A model generated the notes under the pieces. It saw nothing but the letters and a program-made list of their open reading frames with translations. It was not told the origin of the DNA and searched no databases. 64,000 nt of DNA, from the NCBI GenBank assembly GCA_963725565.1, contig CAVRZL010000019.1, positions 39,295 through 103,294 on the forward strand, given 5' to 3'. Both the position numbers and the translations under genes were made by a program. The first letter of the stretch is position 1. Each line of letters begins with the position of its first letter. Positions 47,265 to 56,297 of this stretch are shown here, piece after piece. This stretch comes from an uncultured Acidobacteriota bacterium. Its GTDB lineage: Bacteria; Acidobacteriota; Terriglobia; Terriglobales; Acidobacteriaceae.

Positions 47265-48377
47265 CTACAGGGTTCTCTTGAACAGCGGAATGGCAATGCC
47301 CAGCGTCACGGCGGCAAAAATGAAAAGGAACAGCATGTCTCCCCACACCGCCGAGAGAGTGGTTTCTTTCAGCAGCAGGCACTTGAAGCCGTCCACGGCG
47401 TAGGTAAACGGATCGCACCGCGCAATTGCCCGCAGCCAGGGCGGAAATGCCTGGATCGGATAAACCGATCCGCTGGGAAAAAAGAGAAGAGTATTCAAAA
47501 TGCCGAACATGGCGCGCGGCACCAGCGGATCTTCAATGCGCACCATCAGCAGAAACATCATGGTGTTAAACGCGATGGAGGTCAGCACGATCATGATCAG
47601 CAACCCGATGATGGTGACCGGATTGAAAATCGTCGAAACCCCCGCCAGCATGGAGCCGATCGCGACAATGATCACACCCGTCATCACCGCCTTGATCGCG
47701 CCGGCCAGGTTCAAGCCCAGCACCAGTTCCAGCTTCGTGATTGGAGTGACGAGGTAGCCTTCATGCACTCCGCGCGCCTTGTCGTCGATGTACAGCATTC
47801 CGCCGCCGATCATCACCGACACAAACATCGCCAGCACCAGCGAACCCGGTAGCAGATACTTCATGTATTCGATATAGGGATACAGTTCCACAATATCGAG
47901 TGCAGTCTGGCGCAGAATGCGAGGCGAGGCAGCCGGCTGGTTCAGCGCGTTGGTCAGGTCGCTGAGCTCGGCCTCGACCGCCGAACTCATGAAGTTGTCG
48001 CTGTTGTCGACCACCAGCGCGATTTGCGGATGATTCTCTTCGTAGACACGGCGTGAAAACTGCGGCGGGATGATCACCGCTCCCTGCAACTTGCCATTGC
48101 GCACATCTTCCACGGCCTGCTTATCGCTGTCGTACGGGATCGGCACGAACGTGCGGATGTTGACGCGAACCGAATCGAATGCTTCCCGGATGCGCAATGC
48201 CTGCGGCCCGCCATCCTGATCGACGATGGCGACCTTGGCGTCGTGAATCTTCCCGCCAAATGCATTCCCCAGAATGATCAGCTGCACCAGGGGAAAGATC
48301 ATCGACGCCAGCATTAGCGCCGGGGAGCGGAAGAACTTGCGCATTTCGCGCTCGACAATGGCCATCATGCGATTCAT
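47265..48377 (-). CDS. ABC-2 type transporter permease
   Basis: 370 aa with an N-terminal TM, a large periplasmic loop and five C-terminal TMs. It sits in an operon with the ATPase at 48835-49923. Confidence 0.85.
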   Translation of the reverse strand: MNRMMAIVEREMRKFFRSPALMLASMIFPLVQLIILGNAFGGKIHDAKVAIVDQDGGPQALRIREAFDSVRVNIRTFVPIPYDSDKQAVEDVRNGKLQGAVIIPPQFSRRVYEENHPQIALVVDNSDNFMSSAVEAELSDLTNALNQPAASPRILRQTALDIVELYPYIEYMKYLLPGSLVLAMFVSVMIGGGMLYIDDKARGVHEGYLVTPITKLELVLGLNLAGAIKAVMTGVIIVAIGSMLAGVSTIFNPVTIIGLLIMIVLTSIAFNTMMFLLMVRIEDPLVPRAMFGILNTLLFFPSGSVYPIQAFPPWLRAIARCDPFTYAVDGFKCLLLKETTLSAVWGDMLFLFIFAAVTLGIAIPLFKRTL

Positions 48378-48379
48378 GG

Positions 48380-48784
48380 TTAGCCCTGAGTCCCGAGTCC
48401 GGAGTCCCGAGCCGGCTCTGCCTTATTCAGAGAGCTGATTAGCCCACTCAAGATGCGCCCGAGTTCGTCAAGTTTCTGAGACAGTCTGGATGCGGTTTCG
48501 GTAGGCAGATACTGACGCTGTTGCGAAATTAGGACTTGTGTTTCGATCTCAGCTAAGGAGCCGCGGGCATGGCGAAGAAATCTCACAAAATCACGATTGG
48601 AGTAGTGGGCTTTTCCTTCGGCAATATTGCTGGGGACTGAAACGGCTGCGCGACGAAGCTGACTGGTGAGCCCGAACTGTTCATTCGACGGAAATCCCTC
48701 TGTGGCATCGTAAATGGCTGTTACCAATTCCATTCCCTTCTGCCATGCGATCAAATCCTTGTAGCTGCTCTGACCCATCTGCAT
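48380..48784 (-). CDS. four helix bundle protein (23S rRNA intervening-sequence protein family), inserted inside the ABC operon
   Basis: SYKDLIAWQKGMELV..EQFGLTSQLRRAAVSVPSNIAEGKAH..FLRHARGSLAEIETQ. Its stop is 2 nt before the permease ATG. The C-terminal ARDSGLGTQG is a translation of the flanking word array. Confidence 0.85.
   Translation of the reverse strand: MQMGQSSYKDLIAWQKGMELVTAIYDATEGFPSNEQFGLTSQLRRAAVSVPSNIAEGKAHYSNRDFVRFLRHARGSLAEIETQVLISQQRQYLPTETASRLSQKLDELGRILSGLISSLNKAEPARDSGLGTQG
48386..48413. repeat. heptamer word array (GAGTCCC-type), arm 1
   Basis: CTGAGTCCCGAGTCCGGAGTCCCGAGCC overlaps the 3' end of the four-helix-bundle CDS. Confidence 0.8.
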
Positions 48785-48800
48785 TCACCTAGTTGATGTG

Positions 48801-48834
48801 GGCTCGGGACTCGGGACTCTCAACTCAGGACTCC
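48801..48834. repeat. heptamer word array (GGGACTC-type), arm 2
   Basis: GGCTCGGGACTCGGGACTCTCAACTCAGGACTCC is the reverse complement of the arm-1 word. It lies between the ATPase stop and the four-helix-bundle start. Confidence 0.8.
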
Positions 48835-49923
48835 TCATGGCTGCAGTCCTGGACGCTGCGGCATGACGAACGCGTACGCCTTCTGCAATTCGTCGCGCAG
48901 CTGGCGACCCGTGTAGTGCACAAATACGTCGTCGAGGGTCGTGTTCTGCACCGAGAGCGACTTCACCGGAACGCCGCTCTGCACGGCCATTTCGACCAGT
49001 TCGGTAGTCGTCCGCGAACCGTTGCCGGTCAGCACGCGGTACATGCCAGCTCCTTCATGCTGCACGGACGTGACTTCCGTGAGCGCGTGCAGGCGCTGCT
49101 CCCAGTCGGCCGGAGGATTCTCGAACTGCGCTTCGATTACATTCGATCCCGGCACGCTTGCCTTCAGCGCCGTCGGAGCATCCAGCGCCACCAGCTTGCC
49201 GTGATCCACGATCGCGATGCGGTCGCACAGACGGTCCGCTTCGTCCATGTAGTGCGTCGTGATCAGGATTGTCAGTTGCCGGTGTTCTTTGATGTTTCCC
49301 AGCATCTCCCACACCGACACGCGCGAAACCGGATCGAGCCCCGTCGTGGGCTCATCGAGGAAGAAAATCTTGGGATGGTGAACCAGTCCCCGCGCAATCT
49401 CCAACCTTCGACGCATACCGCCAGATAGCGTCTTGGTGGCCGCGTCCCGCCATTTCGTGAGATCCACCAATTGCAGAAGTTCGTCGATGGACTTCTTCCG
49501 CTCCTTGGCCGGGACGTCGTAGAGCTTGGCGTAGATGTTCATGTTCTCTTCGACGGTCAGGTCGAGGTCACTGGTCAATGCCTGTGGAATTACGCCAATC
49601 ATGCGACGCGCCGCGTTCGGCTCTTTTGCCACGTCGTGTCCGGCAATTCGCGCTTTCCCTGAAGTGATCGGGATCAGCGTCGTCATCATGCGAATCAGCG
49701 TTGACTTCCCCGCCCCGTTCGGTCCCAGCAGCCCGAAGATCTCGCCTTCTTTCACGCTGAACGACACATCGTCGACGGCGGTGAATTCTCCGTACTTCTT
49801 GACGATGTGTTCGACCTCAATCGCAGAAGGCGCTGTGGGGTCATAGACCGGCTTCTCCAGCGGATGTGCCCCACCGTTCGGCGAATCAACCGTCTGGTTC
49901 TTCGGATTCTGCTCGCTGGTCAT
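48835..49923 (-). CDS. ABC transporter ATP-binding protein (DrrA-like)
   Basis: 362 aa with Walker A GPNGAGKST, signature LSGGMRRRL and Walker B IFFLDEPTTGLD. Confidence 0.92.
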   Translation of the reverse strand: MTSEQNPKNQTVDSPNGGAHPLEKPVYDPTAPSAIEVEHIVKKYGEFTAVDDVSFSVKEGEIFGLLGPNGAGKSTLIRMMTTLIPITSGKARIAGHDVAKEPNAARRMIGVIPQALTSDLDLTVEENMNIYAKLYDVPAKERKKSIDELLQLVDLTKWRDAATKTLSGGMRRRLEIARGLVHHPKIFFLDEPTTGLDPVSRVSVWEMLGNIKEHRQLTILITTHYMDEADRLCDRIAIVDHGKLVALDAPTALKASVPGSNVIEAQFENPPADWEQRLHALTEVTSVQHEGAGMYRVLTGNGSRTTTELVEMAVQSGVPVKSLSVQNTTLDDVFVHYTGRQLRDELQKAYAFVMPQRPGLQP

Positions 49924-51017
49924 TGCTGCTCCGCCGCCTTCGCGTTCTGCGTGCTTCCATTCTTGAGTTGCTCTGGCGAAATCAGTACTTCCGCTGTCAT
50001 GCCGGGAACATACGCACCCTTGGGATTGTCGAGCCGCACCTTCAACACGATTGTCTTGATGTCGCGCTTGCGCCGGCTCACGTCCCGCTGCGTCGCGAAA
50101 TCGCCTTCCACCCCTTTGAAGAAGACTTTGCCGTTAATCGTCGTTCCTCCCGGCATGCGGACGCGCAGCACATCGCCGTATCCAATATGGTCGGCATAGG
50201 TTTCCGGAATCGCCACCCGCGCCCAGGTATCGCTGAGATCCACAATGGTCACGATCGGTGCGCCGATATTTACGACCTCACCTTGCCGCGCCGCCCGCAC
50301 GGAGACGGTTCCGCTCACTGGCGCAATTACGTTCGTATATCCCAACCGGACCGCCGCCTGATTCTTCTGCGCGATGGCATTCTTCAGATCAGCTTCGGTG
50401 GCTGCCACGGTGCTCTTCGCCGCATTCGCCTGGTGGGTGCGCGCATGCGCCGCCTTCAAATCGGCCTGCGCGGCGGTTACCATCTCCTGTTGCGCCTGAT
50501 AGGTTGCCTGCGCCGCCTGCAGATTGGTTTCCGCCTGCACGCGCTCCTGATCCGAGGCGATGCCAGCCTTGGCCAACTCAATGGCGCGGCGACTGTCGCT
50601 GTCGGTACGATCCAACGCGGCTTTCGACTGCATGAGTTGCGCCTTGGCGGAAGAGAGCTTGGCCTCGGCGTTGGCTACATCGCTCGACGTCGAACCCGAA
50701 GTAGATGCTTCGGTGTGCTGCATCTCGGCAACTTTGTGTTGCAGGCTGGTTATGGTCGCCGCGGCCGCGGCCTCCTGCGCCTGTAATTCCGACGGGTCCA
50801 AAACGGCAATCGGGTCTCCCACTTTTACCGGAGTGCCTTCATCGACCAACAATTTCTGGATGCGGCCTTCCACCTGCGCACTGACGATTACCTGATTCGC
50901 GTCGACAGTCCCAATCAGTACCAGGTCTCTCGAATGATCGGTAGAGAAAAAATAGTACGTCGCCGCAATGACAAAAATGATTCCGAGCAGGATGAAAAAA
51001 CGGTTGCGCGCGCTCAT
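49920..51017 (-). CDS. HlyD family secretion / efflux adaptor protein
   Basis: 365 aa with an N-terminal TM, a long coiled-coil (AQ-rich) hairpin and a beta-barrel C-terminus. It overlaps the ATPase start by 4 nt. Confidence 0.88.
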   Translation of the reverse strand: MSARNRFFILLGIIFVIAATYYFFSTDHSRDLVLIGTVDANQVIVSAQVEGRIQKLLVDEGTPVKVGDPIAVLDPSELQAQEAAAAATITSLQHKVAEMQHTEASTSGSTSSDVANAEAKLSSAKAQLMQSKAALDRTDSDSRRAIELAKAGIASDQERVQAETNLQAAQATYQAQQEMVTAAQADLKAAHARTHQANAAKSTVAATEADLKNAIAQKNQAAVRLGYTNVIAPVSGTVSVRAARQGEVVNIGAPIVTIVDLSDTWARVAIPETYADHIGYGDVLRVRMPGGTTINGKVFFKGVEGDFATQRDVSRRKRDIKTIVLKVRLDNPKGAYVPGMTAEVLISPEQLKNGSTQNAKAAEQQ

Positions 51018-51032
51018 AGGCGTGCTCCTTGC

Positions 51033-51710
51033 TTAGCATTCGGTATGAGGTCGAAACAACGCGGCGGAAATAAAATCCAGCACTGCCGCCCGGCGCTCGG
51101 CGATGCGATCCGGCGTCAAAGGATTGAATCCCACGATTTTCTGCATCATGGGTGCGCTGCTGAAATAAAAGACAATCATGGCGACCATCGACGGCACAAA
51201 GTGCGCGGGATTCACGGGACGAAACTCACCTTTGGCAATGCCTTCGCGCATCACTTCACTGACTCGGGCGAAAATCGGCTGGATATAGTTCTTGATGACT
51301 TTGTCGATGTGCTGGGAGTGCCCTTCCCGCGCCCGCATCATCTCGCGCTGCATCAATCGCGGATACAACTGGTTCGAAGCGATGAAATCGAAATAGGCTC
51401 CCACATAGGCCAGCATCTTCTCTCTCGGCGGCAGATCGCTGTCGAGCGCCTGAAAGACTGCCGTCTTCAGCCCGGAAAACGCGTCATCCAGAACCGCGCC
51501 GTACAGCGTTTCCTTATCCTTGAAGTAGTAATAGAGCAGCGCCTTGTTGACGCGCGCCTCACGGGCGATCGCGTCAGTGCGCGCCCCGGCGACTCCATGT
51601 TGGGCAAACTCGTGCGCCGCAGCCTGCAGAATGGCGGCGCGGCTCTCCTCGGGCTGGCCGCGCGAGCCCATGCGGCGACGGGAAACGGGACGGCGGGAGA
51701 GGGATGGCAT
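51033..51710 (-). CDS. TetR/AcrR family transcriptional regulator
   Basis: HTH region ILQAAAHEFAQHGVAGARTDAIAREARVNKALLYYYF. It is the first gene of the efflux operon. Confidence 0.88.
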   Translation of the reverse strand: MPSLSRRPVSRRRMGSRGQPEESRAAILQAAAHEFAQHGVAGARTDAIAREARVNKALLYYYFKDKETLYGAVLDDAFSGLKTAVFQALDSDLPPREKMLAYVGAYFDFIASNQLYPRLMQREMMRAREGHSQHIDKVIKNYIQPIFARVSEVMREGIAKGEFRPVNPAHFVPSMVAMIVFYFSSAPMMQKIVGFNPLTPDRIAERRAAVLDFISAALFRPHTEC

Positions 51711-51859
51711 ACTTAATTAACCAGTTAGTTAGATTATACACCCACCTACGAAGTCGCGTCTTATTTTTTGGCTCATCCGGTCGTCAACCTTCTCTCGATA
51801 CACGTCGACTCCCTCCTGTTCTATTCTTGTCGGTACACCAAGGCTCTGTTTTGAGGAGA

Positions 51860-52852
51860 ATGATTTTGAAACCTCTGCTTACCACGCTGCTTCTCGCTTG
51901 TTTGTTGTGTTTAGTCTTCCTGCCCTCGAGCGCGCAGACGCCAAAGCTCGATCGTCAGGTCGCAGTCACGATCGACGATCTTCCCGCGGGAATGGCCGAT
52001 CGCATGCCTGCCGCCGACATCACGGCCATGACCACGAAGCTGCTGGGCACTCTGCGCGATCAGAAGATTCCCGTGGTCGGCTTCGTCAACGAGAGGAAGC
52101 TCTATAAATTCGGCGAGGTCGACGAGCGCATCAAGGCTCTCCAGATGTGGCTCGACTACGGCTTCGAATTGGGCAATCACACCTTCAGCCACGCATCGCT
52201 GAATCAAATCGAACTGAAGGATTGGGAAGACGACGTGGTGCAAGGCGAGAGCGTCACGCGCATGCTGCTCGCCCAGCACAAGATGAAGCTGCGCTACTTC
52301 CGCCATCCCTATCTCGATACCGGACGCGATCTGCTGACCCGCCGCAAGGCAGAGGAATTCCTGATCCAGCGGGGGTATCGCATCGCTCCCATCACTCTCG
52401 ACGCCTGGGACTGGATGTTCGCCGGAGTCTACGAAGACGCAAAGAAACGCGGCGATACGGATCTGCAGCAGAAGATCGTGAAGGAATATCTCGCCTATCA
52501 CGATGCTCAGTTCGCGTACTCCAAGCAACTCTCGGTGAAAGTTGTCGGATACGAACCGAAGCAGATTCTGCTGCTGCACGCCAGCAACCTGGAAGCGGAT
52601 CACATTGGCGAGTTGCTCGATGTGCTGCGGAAGCGAGGCTATCGCTTCATCAGCCTGGGAGACGCGCTCAGCGATCCCGCTTATAGCCTGCCTGACACCT
52701 ACGTGGGAGAAGAAGGCACTGGCTGGATCGAGCACTGGGCGATTACACAGGGCAAAATCCCGCAGGGTGCCCCGGTCCTTCCGCAATGGGTGATGGACCG
52801 ATCGAAGGCGCTGCAGCTCCCTACCGGCCAAGTCACCGCGCCAGCACCCTAG
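51860..52852 (+). CDS. polysaccharide deacetylase family protein (secreted)
   Basis: Internal ATG of ORF 51704-52852. It has the signal peptide MILKPLLTTLLLACLLCLVFLPSSAQ and the NodB-type motifs TIDDLP and GNHTFSH. Confidence 0.8.
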   Translation: MILKPLLTTLLLACLLCLVFLPSSAQTPKLDRQVAVTIDDLPAGMADRMPAADITAMTTKLLGTLRDQKIPVVGFVNERKLYKFGEVDERIKALQMWLDYGFELGNHTFSHASLNQIELKDWEDDVVQGESVTRMLLAQHKMKLRYFRHPYLDTGRDLLTRRKAEEFLIQRGYRIAPITLDAWDWMFAGVYEDAKKRGDTDLQQKIVKEYLAYHDAQFAYSKQLSVKVVGYEPKQILLLHASNLEADHIGELLDVLRKRGYRFISLGDALSDPAYSLPDTYVGEEGTGWIEHWAITQGKIPQGAPVLPQWVMDRSKALQLPTGQVTAPAP

Positions 52853-52857
52853 CTGAC

Positions 52858-53862
52858 TTAGGACGAGCCGCCAGCTTTATTGGACTTGATCTGGGTTTGC
52901 AGTGTCGCAATGGCTGCGCGCACGGCTTCTTTCCTGGGACCTGAAGGCTCTTCGCGGAGGTACAACTGCAACTCCGCGACGGAGTCGCCAATGCGATTTT
53001 TTTGTTCATAGGCGCGTGCCGCCACTAGGTGCAGGAACGCGTGCTGTCCCGCCTGCGTTGTATGTCCGCGATGGCACGTTTCGATCGCCTGGTCGGGATG
53101 TTGATCCATAAGCTGCGCATAGGCCAGCAGGCTGAGTGTCTCCACATCTGCCGGACCCAGGCTCGAAGCTTTGCTCAAAAGCGATTCCGCTCCCGGGAAA
53201 TCTTTCTCCGAGATGTCGATGCGGCTCAGGTTGACGTAAGCCGCGGCCAGATGATCGTTGAGGCTGAGCGCTTTTTGCAGCGCCTCGCGCGCCTGCGGCA
53301 TATTACCGGTTCGCGAATACACGACTCCCAAATTGTTGTAGGCAGCAGCGTAGGCCGGATAAGAGTCTACTGCCTTGTGCAGCTCATTCGCCGCTTTCGT
53401 CCAATCCTGCTTCGCAATCGAATGGTTCGCCTTCCCAAATTCCTTGGCCGCGCCAGAAGGCACGCCCAGATCGGATACTGACACGAACGCACTGGCCGCG
53501 CTTTGAAGGGGGTCGGAGCCTCCCGTAGGCAGCGCTCGAATGTCCACTTCCTGCAGCATTACTGGCCCGACCTCGATTTCGGCGTCCGCGTTAGCAATGT
53601 CGCGTCCCGTCACAGTCGCGCGATACTTTCCAGCAGGCACATCGAAGAACTCGGCAATGCATTCGCGATTCACCGAGCCCTCGGCGACAGCGAAACCCAT
53701 ATTCCCCGACAGCGTGACCCGTGTGGACGAATCGCAGGCAGCCTGGTTCGCGACCAACACTCGCACGCGGATCCGTCTCGCCGTGTCCCTGAATCCGTTA
53801 TCGATTTGCGCAGCACTTGTTCCCACCATCACCACAAGCAGCAGAATTGTGCGACCCGTCAT
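52858..53862 (-). CDS. tetratricopeptide repeat protein with N-terminal carboxypeptidase-regulatory-like domain
   Basis: TPR motifs (AAAYNNLGVVYSRTGNMPQAREALQKALSLN, AAAYVNLSRI..). The start is chosen at MTGRTILLLVVMVGTSAAQ within ORF 52858-53925. Confidence 0.7.
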   Translation of the reverse strand: MTGRTILLLVVMVGTSAAQIDNGFRDTARRIRVRVLVANQAACDSSTRVTLSGNMGFAVAEGSVNRECIAEFFDVPAGKYRATVTGRDIANADAEIEVGPVMLQEVDIRALPTGGSDPLQSAASAFVSVSDLGVPSGAAKEFGKANHSIAKQDWTKAANELHKAVDSYPAYAAAYNNLGVVYSRTGNMPQAREALQKALSLNDHLAAAYVNLSRIDISEKDFPGAESLLSKASSLGPADVETLSLLAYAQLMDQHPDQAIETCHRGHTTQAGQHAFLHLVAARAYEQKNRIGDSVAELQLYLREEPSGPRKEAVRAAIATLQTQIKSNKAGGSS

Positions 53863-54355
53863 CGCGCCTCCCCCATTTGCTGTCAACATTCCGCCCCAAC
53901 GTGCTCGCACAAAAATGAGCGACACAGCGGATCGTGTGACATCAATTGCGCGTGAGACGAGGCACCGAAGAAACGGGTAGCGGGGAATTGACGGTTACAC
54001 AGAAATCCGTGAAAGGGATCGTGCGGCCGTGAAAATCAAAGACAGAAACATTTGTGTGAGCGAACTGTGCGACAACGTCTTGTGCATTGTGTGATCGACG
54101 CAGATGCGGACGCATTCCTCCGCTCCGCTATGCGGAGCAAGTACGCAGGACGGTGGGTATGAACAATGAGGGCCACCGGTTGCCGCATAGGTAGTAGAAA
54201 GGCAGTTGGGGGAACGATATCGAGGCGCTGCTTTTGCGCGGTTGCTAGTCCCAGCGGCTGAAGCCGCCATCTTCAGTCGCCTCATACCGCTCGGCTGAAG
54301 CCGAGCCCTTTCAAAGCAGCGGCGAACTTATTCCGCGAATTTCGGGGACACCACG

Positions 54356-54637
54356 CTAGCTCGAGCCGCCCGCGATGGAAGGCACGAGCAGGATTTCGTC
54401 GCCTTCGTGGAACGTGTATGTCTTTCCGCCGAGGAAGCGGATGTCCTCTTCGTTGACGTAGATGTTCAGAAAGCGGCGGACTTGGCCCTGATCATCGCGC
54501 AGGTGCGGCTTGAGATCTGGGAATTTTTCATCCAGCACTGAGAACAGCTCTCCCAGATTCGATGCCGCGCATTGGATGGAGCCAACACCTGCGGTGTGAC
54601 GGCGAAGAGCTGTAGGTATCTGCACCGTGATCGGCAT
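54356..54637 (-). CDS. MoaD/ThiS family sulfur-carrier protein, CysO-like, ending AGGSS
   Basis: 93 aa: MPITVQIPTALRRHTAGVGS...RFLNIYVNEEDIRFLGGKTYTFHEGDEILLVPSIAGGSS. It closely parallels mycobacterial CysO as I remember it (IPTILRPHTGG..FVNIYVNDEDVRF..AGG). Confidence 0.85.
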   Translation of the reverse strand: MPITVQIPTALRRHTAGVGSIQCAASNLGELFSVLDEKFPDLKPHLRDDQGQVRRFLNIYVNEEDIRFLGGKTYTFHEGDEILLVPSIAGGSS

Positions 54638-54639
54638 GA

Positions 54640-55944
54640 TTACGCTCCTACTTCGGCAGCTTCTTGCGCCGCTGAAATTACGCCGGGGATCTCAGCCACA
54701 TCCAGCGTCTGTTGCAGGTAGGCTTCGAACTCCGTGAGCTTGGGCGCGATCGGACGTTCTGTCTGATAAACGCCGGCCAGTACGTCAGTCGTCTTGAGGC
54801 CATTTCCGGTGATGCAGAGTACAGTTGTCTCTTCGGGAAGAATGCGGTCCTGGCGATACAGCTTGCCTGCGCTTCCAACCGTGACTCCACCTGCGGTTTC
54901 GGTGAAGATGCCCTCGGTTTCTGCCAGCAGGCGAATCGAATCGATCACTTCGGGATCGCTGACGTCTTCGCTCCATCCACCGCTGCCTTTGATGGTCTTG
55001 ATGGCGTAGTGACCGTCGGCAGGATTTCCGATGGCGAGCGAACGCGCGATCGTATTCGGCTTCTGGGGCTCGATTTCTGAGCTGCCGGTTTTCACAGCGG
55101 TCGAAATCGGAGAGCAGCCAGTGGCTTGTGCACCGAAAAACTTTACTTCCTTCGGTTCGACCAATCCTAACTTGATCAATTCGTCGAAGGCCTTCCTGAT
55201 CTTGACGATCAAGGAACCGCCAGCCATGGGGCAGACGATGTTGTCGGGCAAACGCCATCCCAGTTGCTCGGCGATTTCGAATCCGACGGTCTTCGATCCC
55301 TCGGCGTAGTAAGGCCGCAGGTTCACGTTCACGAAACCCCAGCGATGCTCGTCGGCGATCTGCGAGCACAGGCGGTTTACCTGGTCGTAGTTCCCGGCGA
55401 TGCGCACAACCTTGGCGCCGAAGACGTTGGTACCGAGAATCTTCGCAGGCTCGAGATCGGAAGGAATGAAGATCCATGCCTTCAGGCCTTCACGCGCGGC
55501 GTGGGCAGCGACGGCATTCGCCAGGTTTCCCGTCGATGAGCAGGAGACGGTATCGAAGCCAAACGCTTTCGCCTGCGACAGGGCCACGGCGACCACGCGA
55601 TCCTTGAAGCTGAGCGTCGGAAGGCAGACCGCGTCATTTTTGACGTAGAGATTTCCCGCAGCCGCGGCCGTTCCACTCAACCGTTTCAACAAGCGTGGAG
55701 CCTGAAACAGTGGAGTGAAGCCGACCGGCAGGTGCGGGGTATAGCCCTGGGGGAGGGGCAACAGTTCGGAGTAGCGCCACATGTTCGGCGGCCGCTGGGA
55801 AATGCGCTCCCGGCTGACGGACGCCTTCAACGCGTCGTAGTCGTAGGCGACTTCCAGGGGGGAGAAACAGTCGTCGCAGATGGAGCGGGGCTGGTTTCCC
55901 CAGGTCCGTCCGCATTCCCGGCACCGCAGTTCGTAGTGAGACAT
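54640..55944 (-). CDS. threonine synthase family PLP enzyme with N-terminal zinc ribbon (ThrC-like; candidate homocysteine-forming enzyme)
   Basis: 434 aa with the Cys4 ribbon CRECG..CDDC and the PLP lysine motif LSFKDR. The fold-type II body carries GNLANAVAAHAA and ITGNGLK. It ends 2 nt before the CysO-like gene and lies downstream of a SAM-I riboswitch. Confidence 0.9.
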   Translation of the reverse strand: MSHYELRCRECGRTWGNQPRSICDDCFSPLEVAYDYDALKASVSRERISQRPPNMWRYSELLPLPQGYTPHLPVGFTPLFQAPRLLKRLSGTAAAAGNLYVKNDAVCLPTLSFKDRVVAVALSQAKAFGFDTVSCSSTGNLANAVAAHAAREGLKAWIFIPSDLEPAKILGTNVFGAKVVRIAGNYDQVNRLCSQIADEHRWGFVNVNLRPYYAEGSKTVGFEIAEQLGWRLPDNIVCPMAGGSLIVKIRKAFDELIKLGLVEPKEVKFFGAQATGCSPISTAVKTGSSEIEPQKPNTIARSLAIGNPADGHYAIKTIKGSGGWSEDVSDPEVIDSIRLLAETEGIFTETAGGVTVGSAGKLYRQDRILPEETTVLCITGNGLKTTDVLAGVYQTERPIAPKLTEFEAYLQQTLDVAEIPGVISAAQEAAEVGA

Positions 55945-55956
55945 AGTGCTACTCGC

Positions 55957-56070
55957 TTTCTTGAAAGTTTCGAGGTTCTCGAACGTTTCAAAGTTTCAAG
56001 GTTTTCGCGATACCAGCGAAGGCGTTCGGATCTTTGAAACCTTGAAACTTTGCCACTTTGAAACTTTGCT
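55957..56070. repeat. word-array hairpin (GTTTCAAG / CTTTGAAA), second locus
   Basis: The left arm 55957-56004 (..GTTTCAAAGTTTCAAGGTTTT) is complementary to the right arm 56032-56070 (TCTTTGAAACCTTGAAACTTTGCCACTTTGAAACTTTGC). It lies in the 5' leader of the ThrC-like gene. Confidence 0.85.
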
Positions 56071-56109
56071 TTACTGCGAATAGCTGAGGACGAGCCGGAA
56101 AAATTGGCC

Positions 56110-56152
56110 ATAAAACAAAATGGCCTCTTTTTCCAGGAAAAGGAAAAGAGGC
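56110..56152 (-). terminator. intrinsic terminator (riboswitch expression platform)
   Basis: Minus strand: GCCTCTTTTCC-TTTTCCT-GGAAAAAGAGGC followed by CATTTTGTTTT, about 30 nt after the aptamer. Confidence 0.75.
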
Positions 56153-56183
56153 TATCGGAAAGCAAATACAGCGCGCTTGCCGA

Positions 56184-56297
56184 ATCCCATGTTCCCTGTT
56201 TCCAGGAGAGAGTTGGCACCAGACATCCGGGATATATGATCCGGGATCGGTTGCCGTGGCGTCGTAGGGCTCGTCCCTCAGCCACTCTGCATGAAAT
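56184..56297 (-). promoter_or_regulatory. SAM-I (S-box) riboswitch aptamer
   Basis: Minus strand: ATTTCATG CAGAG TGGCTGAGGGACGAGCCCTACGACGCCA CGGCAACC GATCCCGGATCATATATCCCGGATGTCT GGTGCCAA CTCTCTCCTGGAAACAGGGAA CATGGGAT. It shows P1 pairing, the GAGGGA/GCCC P2, GCAACC, GGTGCCAA and a GAAA-capped P4, matching the S-box core. Confidence 0.85.

Noticed and set aside
53995-54285. 96-aa minus-strand ORF downstream of the CysO-like gene
   Set aside because: It has no RBS or family resemblance. The region contains GGCTGAAGCC-type hairpins (54247-54315) that more likely act as terminator structures.
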